Positions 49,666-63,699 of a stretch of 64,000 nt of DNA are shown in pieces (position 1 is the stretch's first letter; every line of letters begins with the position of its first letter). The notes below the pieces were generated by a model. That model saw only the letters and a list, made by a program, of their open reading frames with translations, was not told the DNA's origin and ran no database searches. Source of the stretch: Heterodontus francisci (taxonomy: Eukaryota). The stretch spans positions 77,171,402 to 77,235,401 of the forward strand of contig NC_090375.1 in assembly GCF_036365525.1 (NCBI RefSeq), read 5' to 3'. Both the position numbers and the translations under genes were made by a program.

Positions 49666-49928
49666 TATCTTAAATTTGTGCACTTTTGCTACCATTTTAC
49701 CTTCCAGTGGAAATTCCATTAACTTTATTGTAAATCCTCAATCTTGAAAGCCTTTGTGGGATCAACCCTTAACCTTCTCAGCTCTGAAGCGAAAAACCCT
49801 AGCTTCACAAGTTTCTTTTTGTAATTTTATCTACTCACTTCTGACAGTAGTGAATTGGTAAAAATATGAACTAGTGAATAAAAAAAAAGGTAAAATTTGG
49901 TTTGCTTGAAAGTGCAAACAAACCACAG

Positions 49929-50418
49929 TAGGTTTGCCAATCCTCCTGGAGTCTCCAAGGATTGAAGATTAATCTCCAGCACACTGCTGCAAGCAACCAA
50001 GAGGAAATTTAAAATGGCATTAAAAAAAAAGAGTGGGCTAAAAATTCAATTACGTTGCACCACTTCAAAGTAGTGCTATGTAGACTACGTTGATTGTTTG
50101 GGGGCAGACAGTGCCATATGCTGCTACCTGTGTGGATTTTCCCATTTCAATCAATAAAGAAACCCACGTGGGCTGTGCACGTAGTGGTCAGCAGTGCTGT
50201 CTGCCCGAGGAGTTGATGTAGTCTATGTAACACCAATTCAAAACGGCGCTGTGTGAACAAATTTTTAGCCCTGTATGTTTTTAAATAATTTTATTTGAAC
50301 ACTTTTGTTTATTAGTCTATACTACATATTAAAGCTGGGAATAAAGGGTATTCTGCTGGACGGGGTGGGAGCTCAGGTGACAAAACCTCCAGTAAGAGGT
50401 CTAGAGTTGGCACCCCTA
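49929..50418. mobile_element. hAT-type MITE (TAGGGTTGCCA-type ends) containing a nested MITE
   Basis: TAGGTTTGCCAA...TTGGCACCCCTA. Flanks ACCACAG / ATCATAG only partly match. Confidence 0.6.
50035..50271. mobile_element. 237-bp palindromic MITE (Harbinger/Tourist-like)
   Basis: Perfect 12-bp TIR GGGCTAAAAATT / AATTTTTAGCCC, internal inverted blocks TAGACTAC/GTAGTCTA and GGGCAGACAG/CTGTCTGCCC. Flanks AGT/TGT. Confidence 0.75.
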
Positions 50419-51039
50419 ATCATAGAACAAACCTTTAACATTCAGTGCAAGTTTAACAAACCAAAAATTCATGCATTGAAGCATCTTCTTTATGTATTCT
50501 CATGAGCACAATGCCGCCAAAGTGTTTCTATGAAGGAATGCACTTATCCTTTCCATTAGAATAATTGCCTAGACATCGAGTAAATGATAGTCAGTATTCA
50601 ACATATCACAATGTGTGTTGTGAAAGGTAATGGTGGGGGAGGGGAAGCTTGTTTCATTTCTCTGAGGTTTTGCAGCACTCTGCCTCTCCACTTTTTCAAA
50701 TTGGTTACTGTCAGTGCTACTGAGCCAAGCCATTACATTCCTCTATTTGACCAAATTGCTTTCCATCAATGTCATTCACTTTTGCCATTATTCTCATTGC
50801 TGCCTCCAGAAATAGTTTAATATAACTGAACCTTTTATAATGCAGTTTTTGGGTGATGTAGACAAAGTGCAGAGGAGGGGAGTTCTGTGGGTCATCTATT
50901 AGTCAGAGAGCTGTGAACTATGCATGTTTCCTCAAAGATTAGAGAGCATTAGAGAGTATCACACGAGGCTACTTTCCCTCTTCTGATCATTTACAAATGC
51001 TCTGCTCCAAACTGAAAAAATTAATTTAACCATTAAGAG

Positions 51040-53470
51040 TGTGGTTGAATGTACTTGTTTCCAGCACTGTTGGATTGCAGGGACTGCTAGTGGATGCCGG
51101 CTGCGCACCAGCTGGTGGTTCCCTCTGGTGATCAAGAGTGCCATGAAATAGCTGAGGTCGCAACAGATGGTGATGAAGCGGCAACCCCTCACGGGGTTCT
51201 GTCATCATTATCCTCCTCAATGGCCCCTCCGATGATAGAAGCATCTGTAGAGTTACACTCTGTGGCAGAGACTGCTCCTGTATTGATGCTGGTGCAGCAG
51301 CCTTCAGAGGTGCCTCCCTCACCCCTGGCACCTCCACTTCGAGACCAAGTGCCACAGGCATCTCAAGCCCGGCCAGGCAATAGTGAGCAGATTGCCTCCA
51401 ACTCATCCTCAGCCATAGGGGGAGCACCTCGTAAGAGTGGCCGTGAGCCAGTCATAAGTGTTGGTAATGTCACTTTGTGGGTCACTTGGGTGTTTATGTT
51501 GTACATGACATTAAACTGTTATTGGATAAAGCACAGGACATGTTGCTGCACTAAGGCAGACTTGTTTGTTTCCATTTCATCATGGCAAAAGGCATTGGCA
51601 GGGGAAATAAGAGCTGGCAAAGTAAGGGAGTGTGTTGGGGATGAGTGTCCCAGATGGAGACTTTGGAGCCTTGCAGTGTTTGTGCCATTGGAAGGTTGCT
51701 GATTTATGTTCTTAACAGATGTTTGTTCCCACTCAGATGAAAGAGAATATCCTCTCCAAATGTCCTGCAGACTAAGGTTGGCTCAGGTTAAATATGCCTC
51801 GATCAGAGTGGCCCTCTAGTCCCTGCCATCCTGATAAGCGCTTCACCTCCTGAGCCTGCCATGCTGCATGGGGACTGCTGTCCTGTTCTCCTTCAGCTTC
51901 CTCCTAATCTTCCTCCTCTTATTCCCCCTCCAAAGAGCTGTGCAGTTCCAATGCTTCTCCCGCTTCAAGGCTCACACCTCTCTGGAGCGCCATGTTATGA
52001 AGTGTGCAGCCGACCATAACAATGCATGAGATGCTTGAGGAGTGCACTGGAGGGTGCCACCCGACTGGTCAAGGGACCTGAACCTCAGGATGCCAATGCC
52101 TCCTCAATAATCACCCTTTTCCTCAGGTGGCATCAGTTGTAGTTTCTCAGTCTCCGTGGCAGGGTTGTGACCGGAGTCATCAGCTATCTCCTCACTGGAT
52201 AAGCCTTTTTTGCTAACAGCCATCCATGGATTTCCGATGACTCTGTGCAGAGCTGTAGCATCTGCGATTGCTGGAGGATGAAGGCATCATGGCAGCTTAC
52301 AGGATAGTATGCATACACTTGCATAAAGCGCTTACTGTGGTCACAGACCAGCTGGACATTTAAGGAGTGGAATCCCTTCCTGTTGAGGAATCTCGCTGGC
52401 TGGTCAGTCAATGCCTTGATGGCCACAATGGTGCAATGGATGCATCTGAGGGAATTCGGCGACAGAGGCAAATCCCACTGCCTTTAGAGCTCAAGTGCCG
52501 CTATTCACCTGGAATTCAATGTAATCCCCGTGCTCCCGAGCAGAGCATCCGTCACCTCTGTGATGCAATGATGTGCTTCTGCCTGCAAGATGCCACCAAT
52601 GACTACTGCCACTGCTTGGAAAGACCTGATTGCAAAAACAAGTGCAATGACTTTTACAGCCACAGGACGGTCATGGTGACGGTTCCTGCGAATCCTCAGA
52701 TGACTCTCAACAAGGGCACACAAGTCAGCAATCATCTGCCTGGAAAGGGGCAGCCTTCTGCAACACTGACGTTTCAACATGTCCAGGTAGCTTCTCCTCT
52801 GGCAGTCGACCCTCTGCTGAAGGTATTGCCTTTGTTGCCTTCATGCCCTTCGTTCCTCACCCCTGCATCCCTGTTGCCCAGAGGTCTCTCTCTGCTCCTG
52901 CAGATGCTGCTCCTCAGCGCTAGTTGATCCTATCTTGGAGTAGCTTAATGACATTTCTTGTTATGTCATTCCTTCCTTTCAATCAAAATGTGCAGTCTTC
53001 CTGAACCCCCCCCTTTCATGAGCCCATGAGGCCGATAAGCTGAGGGACCTGCCCCCCACCACCCCCACCCCCCCAAAACAATGCCCTTAAGAGTGAGGAG
53101 ATATGACCAATAATTCTTCTAACTGTACAACTGGCTGCCTGTGGATGAGGGCCTTTTCTGAGTTTTCCCTCTTTTAATGGTGCTTCTTGCTGCTGTCCCA
53201 TCATACTGACTGGCTCCCCACTATGTTTGGGCCACCTCCACCTGGTTGTGGTCTGGACCCTGTGTTGATCCTGTGCTTTACAAAGAAAATTCAAAACTGG
53301 CCTCCCCCCTTGTTTAGAGGGCTAACTGGCCATTAATTGATCTCAGATGGGTTACCTCTTATGACTTTCAACTTTGAGTTTTTGCACAGGGAAATCAGCT
53401 TGTTGATACGAGGGGCGGGTTTAAGCAACCGCCCACCCCCGTACCCGCCTTCTAAACTAAAGTCCCAACC
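51040..53470. mobile_element. Second Harbinger (left end missing): Myb-gene 3' part on +, transposase on - (about 51880-52800)
   Basis: QCCRRL..SRQMIADLC, PVAVKVI, IHCTIVAIKA...FLNRKGFHSLNVQLVCDH...SCHDAFIL...GWLLAKKAYP. Same convergent layout as 30057-38543. Confidence 0.85.
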
Positions 53471-53511
53471 AATACATTAAATATTGATAAAAAGTTGTTT
53501 CTGGAACTCTG

Positions 53512-54240
53512 AGTAACATTCAAGGCACATAAGTGCCAGGTAATGACCTTTTCCAACAAGAGAGAATCTAACCATGTCCCCTTGACATTCAACTGCACTG
53601 CCATCGCTGAATCCCGCACTAACAACATCCTAAATATTGTGGCTACAAGAGCAATTCAGAGGCTGGGAATTCTGTGGTGGGGAACCCACTTCCTGACTCC
53701 CCAAAGCCTGTCCACCATCTACAAGGCACAACTCAGGAGTGTCAAGGAATACTCTCCACTTGCCAGATTGAGTGCAGCCTCAACAACACTCAGGAAGCTC
53801 AATACCATCCAGGACAAAGCAGCCCACTTGATCAGCACCCCATCAACCACCTTAAGCATTCAATCCCTTTACCACCGATGCACAGTGACAGCAGTGTGTA
53901 CCATCTACAAGATGTACTGCAGCAACTCATCAAGATTCCTTTGACAGCACCTCCCAAACCCACAACCTCTACCACCTAGAAGGACAAGGGCAGCAGATGC
54001 ACTGGAACGCCATCTGCAAGTTCCCATCCAAGCCACACACCATCCTGACTCGTAAATATATTGTTGTTCCTTCGCTATTGCTGGATCAAAATCCTGGAGT
54101 TCCCTCCCTAACTACCCTGTGGGTCTTCCCACACCAGATGGATGCCAACGGTTCAAGAAGGCAGCTCACTACCATCTTCAAGGGCAATTAGGGATGGGCA
54201 ACAAATTGTCCACATTCCATGAAATGAAAAATTAAAAAAT
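53512..54240 (+). mobile_element. 3' fragment of the 14036-type LINE
   Basis: KRESNHVPLTFN...LSTIYKAQLRSVKEYSPL...IQDKAAHLI and tail GGCAATTAGGGATGGGCAA. Confidence 0.88.
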
Positions 54241-54809
54241 CACAGAATACACAACATCATTCGAAAATCTTTACATGAAAAATATGTTCAAACCTTTGCT
54301 GAACCACTGACTTACTAATTAATGATCTAATGACTGCAGTGTCGTTGTGAGTGAGGTCAAAGTCAGATGCCTCCATCACTTCAGAGTGACAAAACACAAT
54401 AAAGATTATTGAAATTCCTAAATGTAACATTGATAGACAGCTGGAAGTTAGAAAACTTTTTCCAGTACAAGACAGCACATAAACTGTGTAAGTAACATTC
54501 CCATATTTTCATTTCAAACAATGTGTGATATAAAGTTTGCTTTTAAGTAAGGATCGTGTGTGGGAGGCTTACGAATAAGATTGTCAGACATGAGCTTGTG
54601 AATGTGGGCAGCGCTTTCTTATTCTTAACTATTTATTTATTTTCAAATAAATACTTGCATTTCTAGGATAACATACACCTTTCACTACACAAATTCCAAA
54701 AAAAATGTTAAATCACCAGATTTTATGTTAATATCTGCATTCTCCTCAATCCTACCTTATTTATCATTAAAGATTTACCCACCATTCTGACCTTATTTAT
54801 TCCCCAACA

Positions 54810-55040
54810 CTACTTAAAGTGAATAAAGCACCAGGGCCGAATGAGGTGTATCCAAGGGTACTGAGGGAAGTGAGGGCGGAAATTGCAGAGGCACTGGCCA
54901 TCATTTTTCAGTCTTCCTTCGACTCGGCAGTGGTGCCAGATGACTAGAGAATTGCAAACGTTACACCCTTGTTCAAAAAAGGGTGTAAAGATAAGCACAG
55001 CAACTACAGGCCAGTCAGTTTAACTTGGGTGCTGGGAAAA
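54810..55040 (+). mobile_element. Short internal CR1 RT fragment
   Basis: LKVNKAPG..YPRVLREV...D*RIANVTPLFKKG...NYRPVSL. Confidence 0.75.
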
Positions 55041-55200
55041 CAGGAAGGGATTCCACTCTTTAAATGTCCAGAGGTGAGGTGAGAGTGACTGCCCCTGACC
55101 AAGGCAGCATTTGACCAAGTTTGACATTAAGGAACTCTAGGAAAACTGGAGTAAATGGGAATCAGGGGGAAAGCTCTCTGCTGGTTGGAGTCATACCTAG

Positions 55201-57487
55201 AACAGAGGAGCAGGAGTAGGCCACTCAGCCCATCGAGCCTACTCCGCCATTCAATACGATCATGGCTGATCATCCACTTCAATGTCTTTTTCTCCACACT
55301 ATCCCAATATCCCTTTATGTCATTGGTATTTAGAAATCTGTCAATCTCTGCTTTAAACATACTCGATGACTGAGCTTCCACAGCCCTCTGGGGTAGAGAA
55401 TTCCAAAGATTCACCACCCTCTGAGTAAAGACATTGCGTCCCCTGATTCTGGACTCCCCAACCAGGGGAAACATCTTACCTGCATCTACCCTGTCTATCC
55501 CTTTAAGTATTTTGTAGGTTTCAATGAGATCACCTCTCATTCTTCCAAACTCTAGAGAATACAGGGCCAGTTTCCCCAATCTCTCTTCATAGGACTGTCC
55601 TGCCATCCTGGGAACAAGTCTGGTGAACCTTTGTTGCACTCCCTCTATGGCAATAATATCCTTCCTAAGGTATGGGGAGCAAACTGCACATCCAGGTGCA
55701 GGCTAACCAAAGTTCTATACAATTGAAGCAAGACTTCACTACTCCTGTACTCAAATCCTCTTGCGATAAAGGCTAACATACCATTAGCCTTCCTAATTGC
55801 TTGATGCACCTGCATGTTAGCTTTCAGTAACTTACTGACGAGGACAACCAGGTCCCTTTTTACATCTACACTTTCTAATCTCTTACCATTTAAGGAATAC
55901 TCTACACATCTATTCCTTCTACCAAAATGGATAACCACATTTTTCCACATCATATTTCATCTGCCATGTTCTTGCCCACTCACGAGGTCTGTCCAAATCC
56001 CCTTGAAGCCGCTTTGCATCTTCCTCACAACACACATTCCCACCTAGTTTTGTGTCATCCACGAACTTGGAAATATTACATTTGATCCCCACATTCAGAT
56101 CATTGATATATATTGTCAACAGCTGGGGCCCAAGTGCTGATCCTTGCAATACCCCGCTAGTCACAGCCTGCCAAAGCGAGAATGACCCATTTATTCCTAC
56201 TCTCCGCTTTCTGCCTGTTAACCAATCCTTAATTCATGCCAGTAGATTACCTCCTATCCCATGTGCTTTAGTTTTGCTGACCAACCTCCTGTGGGGAACT
56301 TTATCAAAAGCCTTCTGAAAATCCAAGTATACTACATCCACTGACTCCCCTTTATCAATTCTGTTAGTAACATCCTCAAAAAAACTCCAACAGTTCATCA
56401 AACATGATTTCCCATTCACAAATCCATGTTCACTCTGCCCATTCAGATCATTATTATCCAAGTGTACATTTATCACATCCTTTAGAAGATTCTAGCATTT
56501 CCCCAATGACTGATGTAAGGCTAACAGGTCTGTAATTCCCTGTTTCTCTCTCCCTCCCTTCTTAAATGGTGGGGTGACATTTGCTATCTTCCAATCTGCA
56601 GGAACCATTCCAGAATCTATAGAATTTTGGAAGATGATCAACAAGGTATCCATTATCTCCATAGCTACCTCTTTCAACACTCTGGGATGTAGAATATCAG
56701 GTCCTGGGGACTTATCAACAACCTTCAGTCCCATTAATTTCTCCAGTACTAATACTAATTTCCTTCAATTCCTCATTCTCCCTAGTCCCTTGGATCTCTA
56801 AATCTGGGAGATTTCATGTATCTTCCTCAGTGAAGACAGACACAAAAAGCTGCATTTTAAAAGCCCGCTGACGAAATAGGCGGCGGGCAGAAAATTTGTG
56901 GTCCACATGCACAGGGCCAACGTCACGGAGCCGCTGTGATTCCAAACATGGCAGTTCACTACCACGGCAGCCGCATCACCCCCGCCCAATGACGTGAAGG
57001 GAGTGGGAAAGCTGTCTAGGGGACTCCCTTACTAACGTACTGATCCCATTCCTCATTATCAGGAACAGGTATTAGTGTCGCACTTTTTGCCTGTCCTTCC
57101 TAAATGTCGAAATCCTTGAATATTCAATTCCCAGTCTTGGTCACCCTGTAGCCACGTTTCCATAATGGCAATTAGCTCATACCCATTTAACTCTATTTGT
57201 GCCTTTGAATTATCTACCTGGTTGCGAATGCTGCGTGCATTCAGGTAGAGTGCCCTTAATCTTGTCTTTTTAACATTATTCTGCATTCTAAGCCTAGTTA
57301 ATACTTGCCTTTGTTTTGCCTGCCTTCTAATTACAGTTGCTACTTTTCAACTTCCTTTTACCAGCTTTACTTCCTTCCAACTTCAGCTACCCCTCAGGTT
57401 CCCATCCCCCTGAAAAACTAGTTTAAATCCTCCCCAACAGCACTTGCAAATCTCCCTGTGAGGATATTAGTCCTGGTCCTGTTAAGG
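55201..57487 (-). mobile_element. CR1 with large internal deletion and a MITE-like fragment (about 56850-57010) at the deletion junction
   Basis: APE start LYLNARSIRN (57059-57286) jumps to KSPGPD/RT core (55127-56734). Confidence 0.85.
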
Positions 57488-57669
57488 TTAGGTTGTTGGA
57501 AGTCAATCATCTCAGTCCCAGGACATCACTGCAGGAGTTCTTCAGGGTAGTGACCTAGGCCCAACCATCTTCAGCTGTTTTATCAATGACCTTTCCTCCA
57601 TCATAAGGGCAGAAGTGGGGATGTTCGCTGATGATTGCACATTGTTTAGTACCACTCGTAACTCCTTCA

Positions 57670-60185
57670 TGAAGATGGAGCGTGAAGTAGTTGAATACGA
57701 AACTTGGGTCCTGAATCTAAATAAACAAAGGTATGAGGCGCGAGTTGGCTATGGTAGATTGGGGAACTTTACTAAAAGGGTTGACGATGGATAGACAATG
57801 GATAATATTTAAAGAATGTGTGCATGAATTACAACAATTATTCAGTCCTGTCTGGCGCAAAAATAAAACCGGAAAGGTGGCTCAACTGTGGCTTACAAAA
57901 GAAATTAGAGATAATATTAGATCCAAAGAGGAGACATAAAATTGCCAGAAAAAGCAGCAAGTCTGAGGATTGGGAGCAGTTTAGAATTCAGCAAAGGAGG
58001 ACAAAGAGGCTGCTTAAGCGGGGCAAAGTAGAGTGAGAGTAAACTTCGGGGCAACATAATAACTGACTGTAAAAGCTTCTATAAATATGTAAAGAGAAAA
58101 AGATTAGTGAAAACAAATGTAGGTCCCTTACAGTCAGAAACAGGGGAAATTATAATGGAGAACAAAGAAATGGCAGAACAATTAAACACATACTTTGGTT
58201 CAGTCTTCACAAAGGAGGACACAAATAACCTCCCAGAAACTTTAGGGAACCAAGGGTTTAATGAGAGGGAGGGACTAAAGGAAATCAGTATTAGTAAAAA
58301 AAAAGTGCGAGGGAAATTAATGGGGTTAAAGGCTGACAAATCCCCTGGGCCTGATAATCTATATCCCAGAGTACTAAATGAAGTGGCCCTGGAAATAGTG
58401 GATGCATTGGTGGTCATCTTCCAAAATTCTATACAGTCTGAAGCAGTTCCTCCAGATTGGAGGGTGGCAAATGTAACCCCACTATTTAAAAAAGGAGGGA
58501 GAGAAAAAACAGGAAATTACAGACCAGTTAAGCCTTACATCAGTAGTGGGGAAAATGCTAGTGTCGATTATAAAGGATGAGATAGCAGAACACCTGGAAA
58601 GCATAAACAGGACTGGACAAGGTCAGTATGGGTTTACAAAGGGGAAATCATGCTCAAGAAATCTACTGGAGTTTTTTGAGGATGTAACTAGCAGAATAGA
58701 TATGGGCGAACCGGTGGGTGTGGTGTATTTGGATTTTCAGAAGGCTTTTGATAAGGTCCCACATAAGAGGTTAGTGTGCAAAATTAAAGCACATGGGATT
58801 GGGGGTAATAAACTGGCATGGATTGAGAACATAAGAAATAGGAGCAGTAAGCCATTCAGCCCCTCAAGCCTGCCCCACCATTCAATACGATCATGGCTGA
58901 TCTGTCCCAGGCCTCAACTCCTTTTTCAGGCCTGCTCCGCATAACCCTCGACTCCCTGAGATTTCAAAAATCTATCTACCTCCTCCTTAAATACATTTAG
59001 TGATCTAGCCTCCACAACTCTGAGGTAGAGAATTCCAGAGATTCACCACCCTCAGAGAAGAAATTCCTTCGCATCTCAGTTTTAAATGTGTGACCCCTTA
59101 TTCTGTAACTATGTCCCCTAGAGAATTGGTTGACAGACAGGAAATAGAGAGTAGGAATAAACGGGTCTTTTTCCGGGTGGCAGGCAGTGACAGGGTACAG
59201 CAGGGATCAGTGCTTGGGCCCCAGCTATTCACAATATATATGAATGACTTGGGTGAGGGAACTAAATGTAACATTTTCAAATTTGCAGATGACACAAAGC
59301 TGGGGGGGGGGGGGATTGTGAGCAGTGAGGAGGATGCAAAGAGGCTCCAATGTGATTTGGACAAGTTGGGCGAGTGGGCAAATGCATGGCAGATGCAGTA
59401 TAGTGTGGATAAATGTGAGGTTACCCACTTTGATTGTAAAAACAGAAAGGCAGATTATCTGAATGGTAATAGATTGGGAAAGGGGGAGGTGCAACGAGAC
59501 CTGGGTGTCTTTGTACCCCAGTCGCTGAAAGCAAGCATTCAGGAAGGTGAATGGTATGTTGGCTTTCATTGCAAGAGGATTTGAGTACAGGAGCGAGGAT
59601 GTCTTACTGTAGTTATACAGGGCCTTGGTGAGACCACTTCTGGAGTATTGTGTGCAGTTTTGGTCTCCTTATCTGAGGAAGGATGTTCTTGCCATGGAGG
59701 GAGTGCAAAGAAGATTGACTAGGCTGATTCTTGCGTTGGCAGGATTGATGTACGAGGAGAGATTGGGTCGCCTAGGCCTATATTCACTAGAGTTTAGAAG
59801 ACTGAGTGGGGAACTCATAGAAACCTATAAAAATCTAACAGGACTAGACAGGCTAGATGCAGGGAGGATGTTCGCGATGGCTGGGGAGCACAGAACCAGT
59901 GGTCACAGTCTCAGGATACGGGGTATGCCATTTAGAACAGAGATGAGGAGAAATTTCTTCACTCAGAGGGTGGTGAACCTGTGGAATTCTCTACCGCAGA
60001 AGGCAGTGGAGGCCAAGTCATTAACTATATTCAAGAAGGAGATAGATATATTTCTTAATGCCAAAGGGATCAAAGGATATGGGGAGAAAGTGGGAACAGG
60101 GTACTGAATTAGATGATCAGCCATAATCTTTTTTGAATGGCGGAACAGGCCCGAAGGGCCAAATGGCCTACTCCTGCTCCTTTTT
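57670..60185 (+). mobile_element. CR1, 5'-truncated, same family as 17247-24856
   Basis: KTNVGPLQSETGE, KSPGPD, DFQKAFDKVPH, FKFADD, RPLLEYCVQFW, 3' stem-loop. Confidence 0.92.
58830..59120 (-). mobile_element. Short CR1 3' end inserted antisense in the CR1 above
   Basis: GAGAA duplicated at 58825-58829 and 59121-59125. Host frame WIE/NWL rejoins across it. Confidence 0.85.
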
Positions 60186-62384
60186 TCAGATACTGAAGCA
60201 GGCCATGTCCATATGCAGCAAGATCTGAACAACTTCCCCCCTTGGGCTGATAAGTGGCAAGTAACATTCGTGCCAGACAAGTGCTGGGCAATGGCTATCT
60301 CCAACATGAGAGAATCTAACCATCTCCCCTTGATATTCAATGGCATGACCTCCACTATCAACATCCTGGGAGTTACCATTGACCAGAAACTGAACTGGAC
60401 CTGCCATATAAATACCGTGGCTACAAGAGCAGGCCAGAGGCTGGGAATTCTGCAGCGAGTAACTAACCTCCTGACTCCCTAAAGCCTGTCCACCATCTAC
60501 AAGGCACAAGTCAGGAGTGTGATGGAATACTCTACACTTGCCTGGATAGGTGCAGCTCCAACAACACTCAAGAAGCTCGACACCATCCAGGACAAAGCAG
60601 CCTGCTTGATTGGTACTCCAACTACCACCTTAAAATATTCACTCCCTTTACCACCGACACACAGTGGCAGCAGTGTGTACCATCTACAAGATGCACTGCA
60701 TCAACTCATCATGCCTCCTTCAACAGCACCTGTCAAAACCATGACCTCTATCACCTTGAAGGACAAGAGCAGCAGATGCAAGTTCCCCTGCAAACCACAC
60801 ACCATTCCTGATTTGGAACTATATCACCGTTCCTTCACTGTCACTGGGTCAAAATCCTGGAACTCCCTTCCTAACAGCAATGTTGGCACACCTGCACACC
60901 AAGGACTGCAGCGGTTCAAGAAGGCAGCTCACCACCACTTTCTCAAGGGCAATTAGGGATGGGCAATAAATGCTGGCCTAGCCAGTGACATCCACATCCC
61001 ATGAATGAATAAAAAAAAAAGCCAGTGAGGGGTAGGGCTGGCTTCCCAAAAATCTTGACTCCAGGTCTCTTATTGCCACTTACCAGGGCCCCCAAGTAAA
61101 GGGTGGCATTAGACCTAGGGTAGTAGCAGTTTAGCTCTGCACTTTACAAATGGAGAAAGCAGGCCCCCACATTAACTTTTGTTGGCCTCAATTGCTATCA
61201 AGACCTACAATGCCAGAAGCCGTCTTTAGCTTTGGGTTTTCCTAACCTCTTTAAAGTCCTTAGCAGACTCTTCTGTGATGTAGCAATGGTCCAGCTGTGG
61301 CACCACCTCATTACCCTCTTTGGCACTGGCAGACTGCCTATTATTAGCTGAAATCCCACCAGGGCCGAAAACCCTTTCGTCCAGAATATTGCTACAGATC
61401 AGAATGGAGGAGGATGGGCAGGTGGAGATTTTGCCACTCTGCTCTGAAGAGGTGAATCCAGTCCTTACTCTCTTTGGTGTTTTTTCCCCCCCTAAATCTA
61501 CTTTCATGCAGCATCATTGGCATGGATGTTCAGAAGATTGCTAAACTTGACACAATGGTCTGTTCTGACATGAGGATGACAGGATAAAAATTTGATGCAA
61601 TAATTGGGGATTTTTGTTTAAAGAGAACTTCTACTAAATTGTCCAGAATATACATTAATTATCCGATCATGCTACAAGATCAGTGCCATTGGCCTCTCAA
61701 TTCCACTCTCTCCTAGATAGATTTTCAGAGCAAGTGCCACTCTAGAGATTCACTAACAGATTGGCTGGACCACCATTTTTTTTTTGCTTGTCTGTTGATC
61801 ATAAAGTGCATGGTGATTCACTCTAGATTACCAAAGATTATAAAATGTGAATTATATTCATAAATAATCACACCCTATAAGACAGCTTTGTACTATGTAA
61901 TTAATTTCTTCTTGTTTTTCAATTATTTTTGATTTTTCTTCTATTCTGCCTTGTAAAATAAATGCTTTCCAAATTAAAATTGGCAAAAACATAGGAAACA
62001 ATCATCTGTACTGAATACATTTTTAAAACAGCACAATGTGCTGTTCAGTTACCATGGGCAACACTAACATCTGTCAACACTGTAACACTGCTATAGCAGC
62101 AGTAAATATGTTCACATGAAGATTATATTGTAGTAATAAATTTCACTGAGCATTAGAATGTTAGGGGAATGAGGCAACTGAGAGGAGTCAAAGAGGCAGG
62201 TAATACTCTCACAGGCTATTGTACACCTTCCCCTTTGAGAAAGTGCTGTGTCTCTGTTTGCCACCTCCTCTTGACAGCCTGTCTGAATATATTAACATTT
62301 GATAGTAGGAAATCTGGTGCATGAGAACTAAACAATGACGGAATCAAATAAGTACCTTAAATGTAAGCAGTTCTTGACAATGCA

Positions 62385-62815
62385 ATCATCACAGAATCGA
62401 TACAGTGCAGAAGGAGGCCATTCAGCCCATCGTGTCTACACTGGCTCTCCAAAAGAGCAATTCCCTCAGTTCCATTCCCGTGCCTTCTCCCCATAACCCT
62501 GCAAATTCTTCCTTTTCATATAACTGTTTAATTACTTTTTTTTTCAAAACCATGTTCCTATAACAAATTCAATCATTCAAAAAGGTACACTAAAGATTTG
62601 CTAGAATGATAATTACGAAGAAAGACTCGAAAAATTGGGGCTTTTCCACTGGAATAACAGAGTAGGTGAAGAGGAAATGGAATAGAGGTTTGAAATTTCC
62701 GAAAGGTTTTGAGAGAGGGAAGTAATTGAAGGCAAAAATGCAGAATTATCACAAGAAGAATGAAAGGGGATGTTAGACAAAATCTTTTTTATTAGAACAT
62801 GGAATGCTTCACCAC
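62385..62815. mobile_element. Two small degraded CR1 3' fragments (62385-62540 minus, about 62580-62815 plus)
   Basis: GGAGGCCATTCAGCCCATCG reverse tail, and YEERLEKLGLFPLE-like sequence on plus. Confidence 0.65.
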
Positions 62816-63699
62816 AAGTGTGAAATAAGACAACGGGTTCGATTTTAACTTGGGATTCTCAATGTAATAGGGAGATAATGGCTCAAAAATGATTACTGCT
62901 TCATTTATGCCAGTGAACTCTTCAATATTTGATAATTTGACTTGAATTCTGCATTGCCAAAACAGCAGGAGGTCACAGCAATTTTAACTGCAGGGTCTCA
63001 TTTAATTGTTGCCAGTTTATTTCTCACTGGGAACTGAAGAAATGGCAGGATGAGCACACAGAGTGGCTGTTGGCAGGTGAAAATCAGATGGCCCAGAGGA
63101 TTCCAGGTACATGGCAGAGGGGTGTCACAAGGGATTCATGGGTGGGAGGGGAGGGAGTATAGGGCAAGGAAGCCTGCAACTTTATGGGACCTGAAGGAGT
63201 AGAAGGATTTTTGGACCAACTACAGGCCTGTTTCTGCCTCGTGGGAAGGCTGCAGTTGCTTCCAAGCTCAGGCCCCAGTTAAAACTGCATCAGGGTTCTA
63301 TTGACTTAATAGGTCTCTGATTCACATAAATTCTCGAGGCTCCTGCCTGCTTTAGGTCAGCACCCCATTTGCTTGCAGAACCTTGCAGGTTATTGCTAGA
63401 AATGTCAATATCGGAGTGGATAAGTCACCTACTCTTTATTAACAGTCCACTCTCCTGGTTTTCACCATATAGATAGGATTGAAATCAATCTTAGCAACTT
63501 TTACAAGATTGACAAAACAAACCATGCCAGAAAGCTTAAATCTAGTTGAGAAGCTGGGCCAAAAAGGAAAATACCTCATTTAAGATAGAAAAATGCAAGA
63601 ATGTGGCACTGGGTAAGGAAAGCAAATATTGAGGGTATCAAATAGATGTAACAGTCTATAGGAAACAACGCAGGAGAATGATTGAGCGTTTTAGTGAGA

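Larger units (their letters stand above)
55065..61020 (+). mobile_element. 14036-type LINE 3' half split in three (55065-55200, about 57488-57669, 60186-61020)
   Basis: Collinear pieces: MGIRGKALCWLESYL / QGSDLGPTIFSCFINDL..MFADDC / MQQDLNN..WADKWQV to the ATGAATGAATAAAAA tail. Confidence 0.85.
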
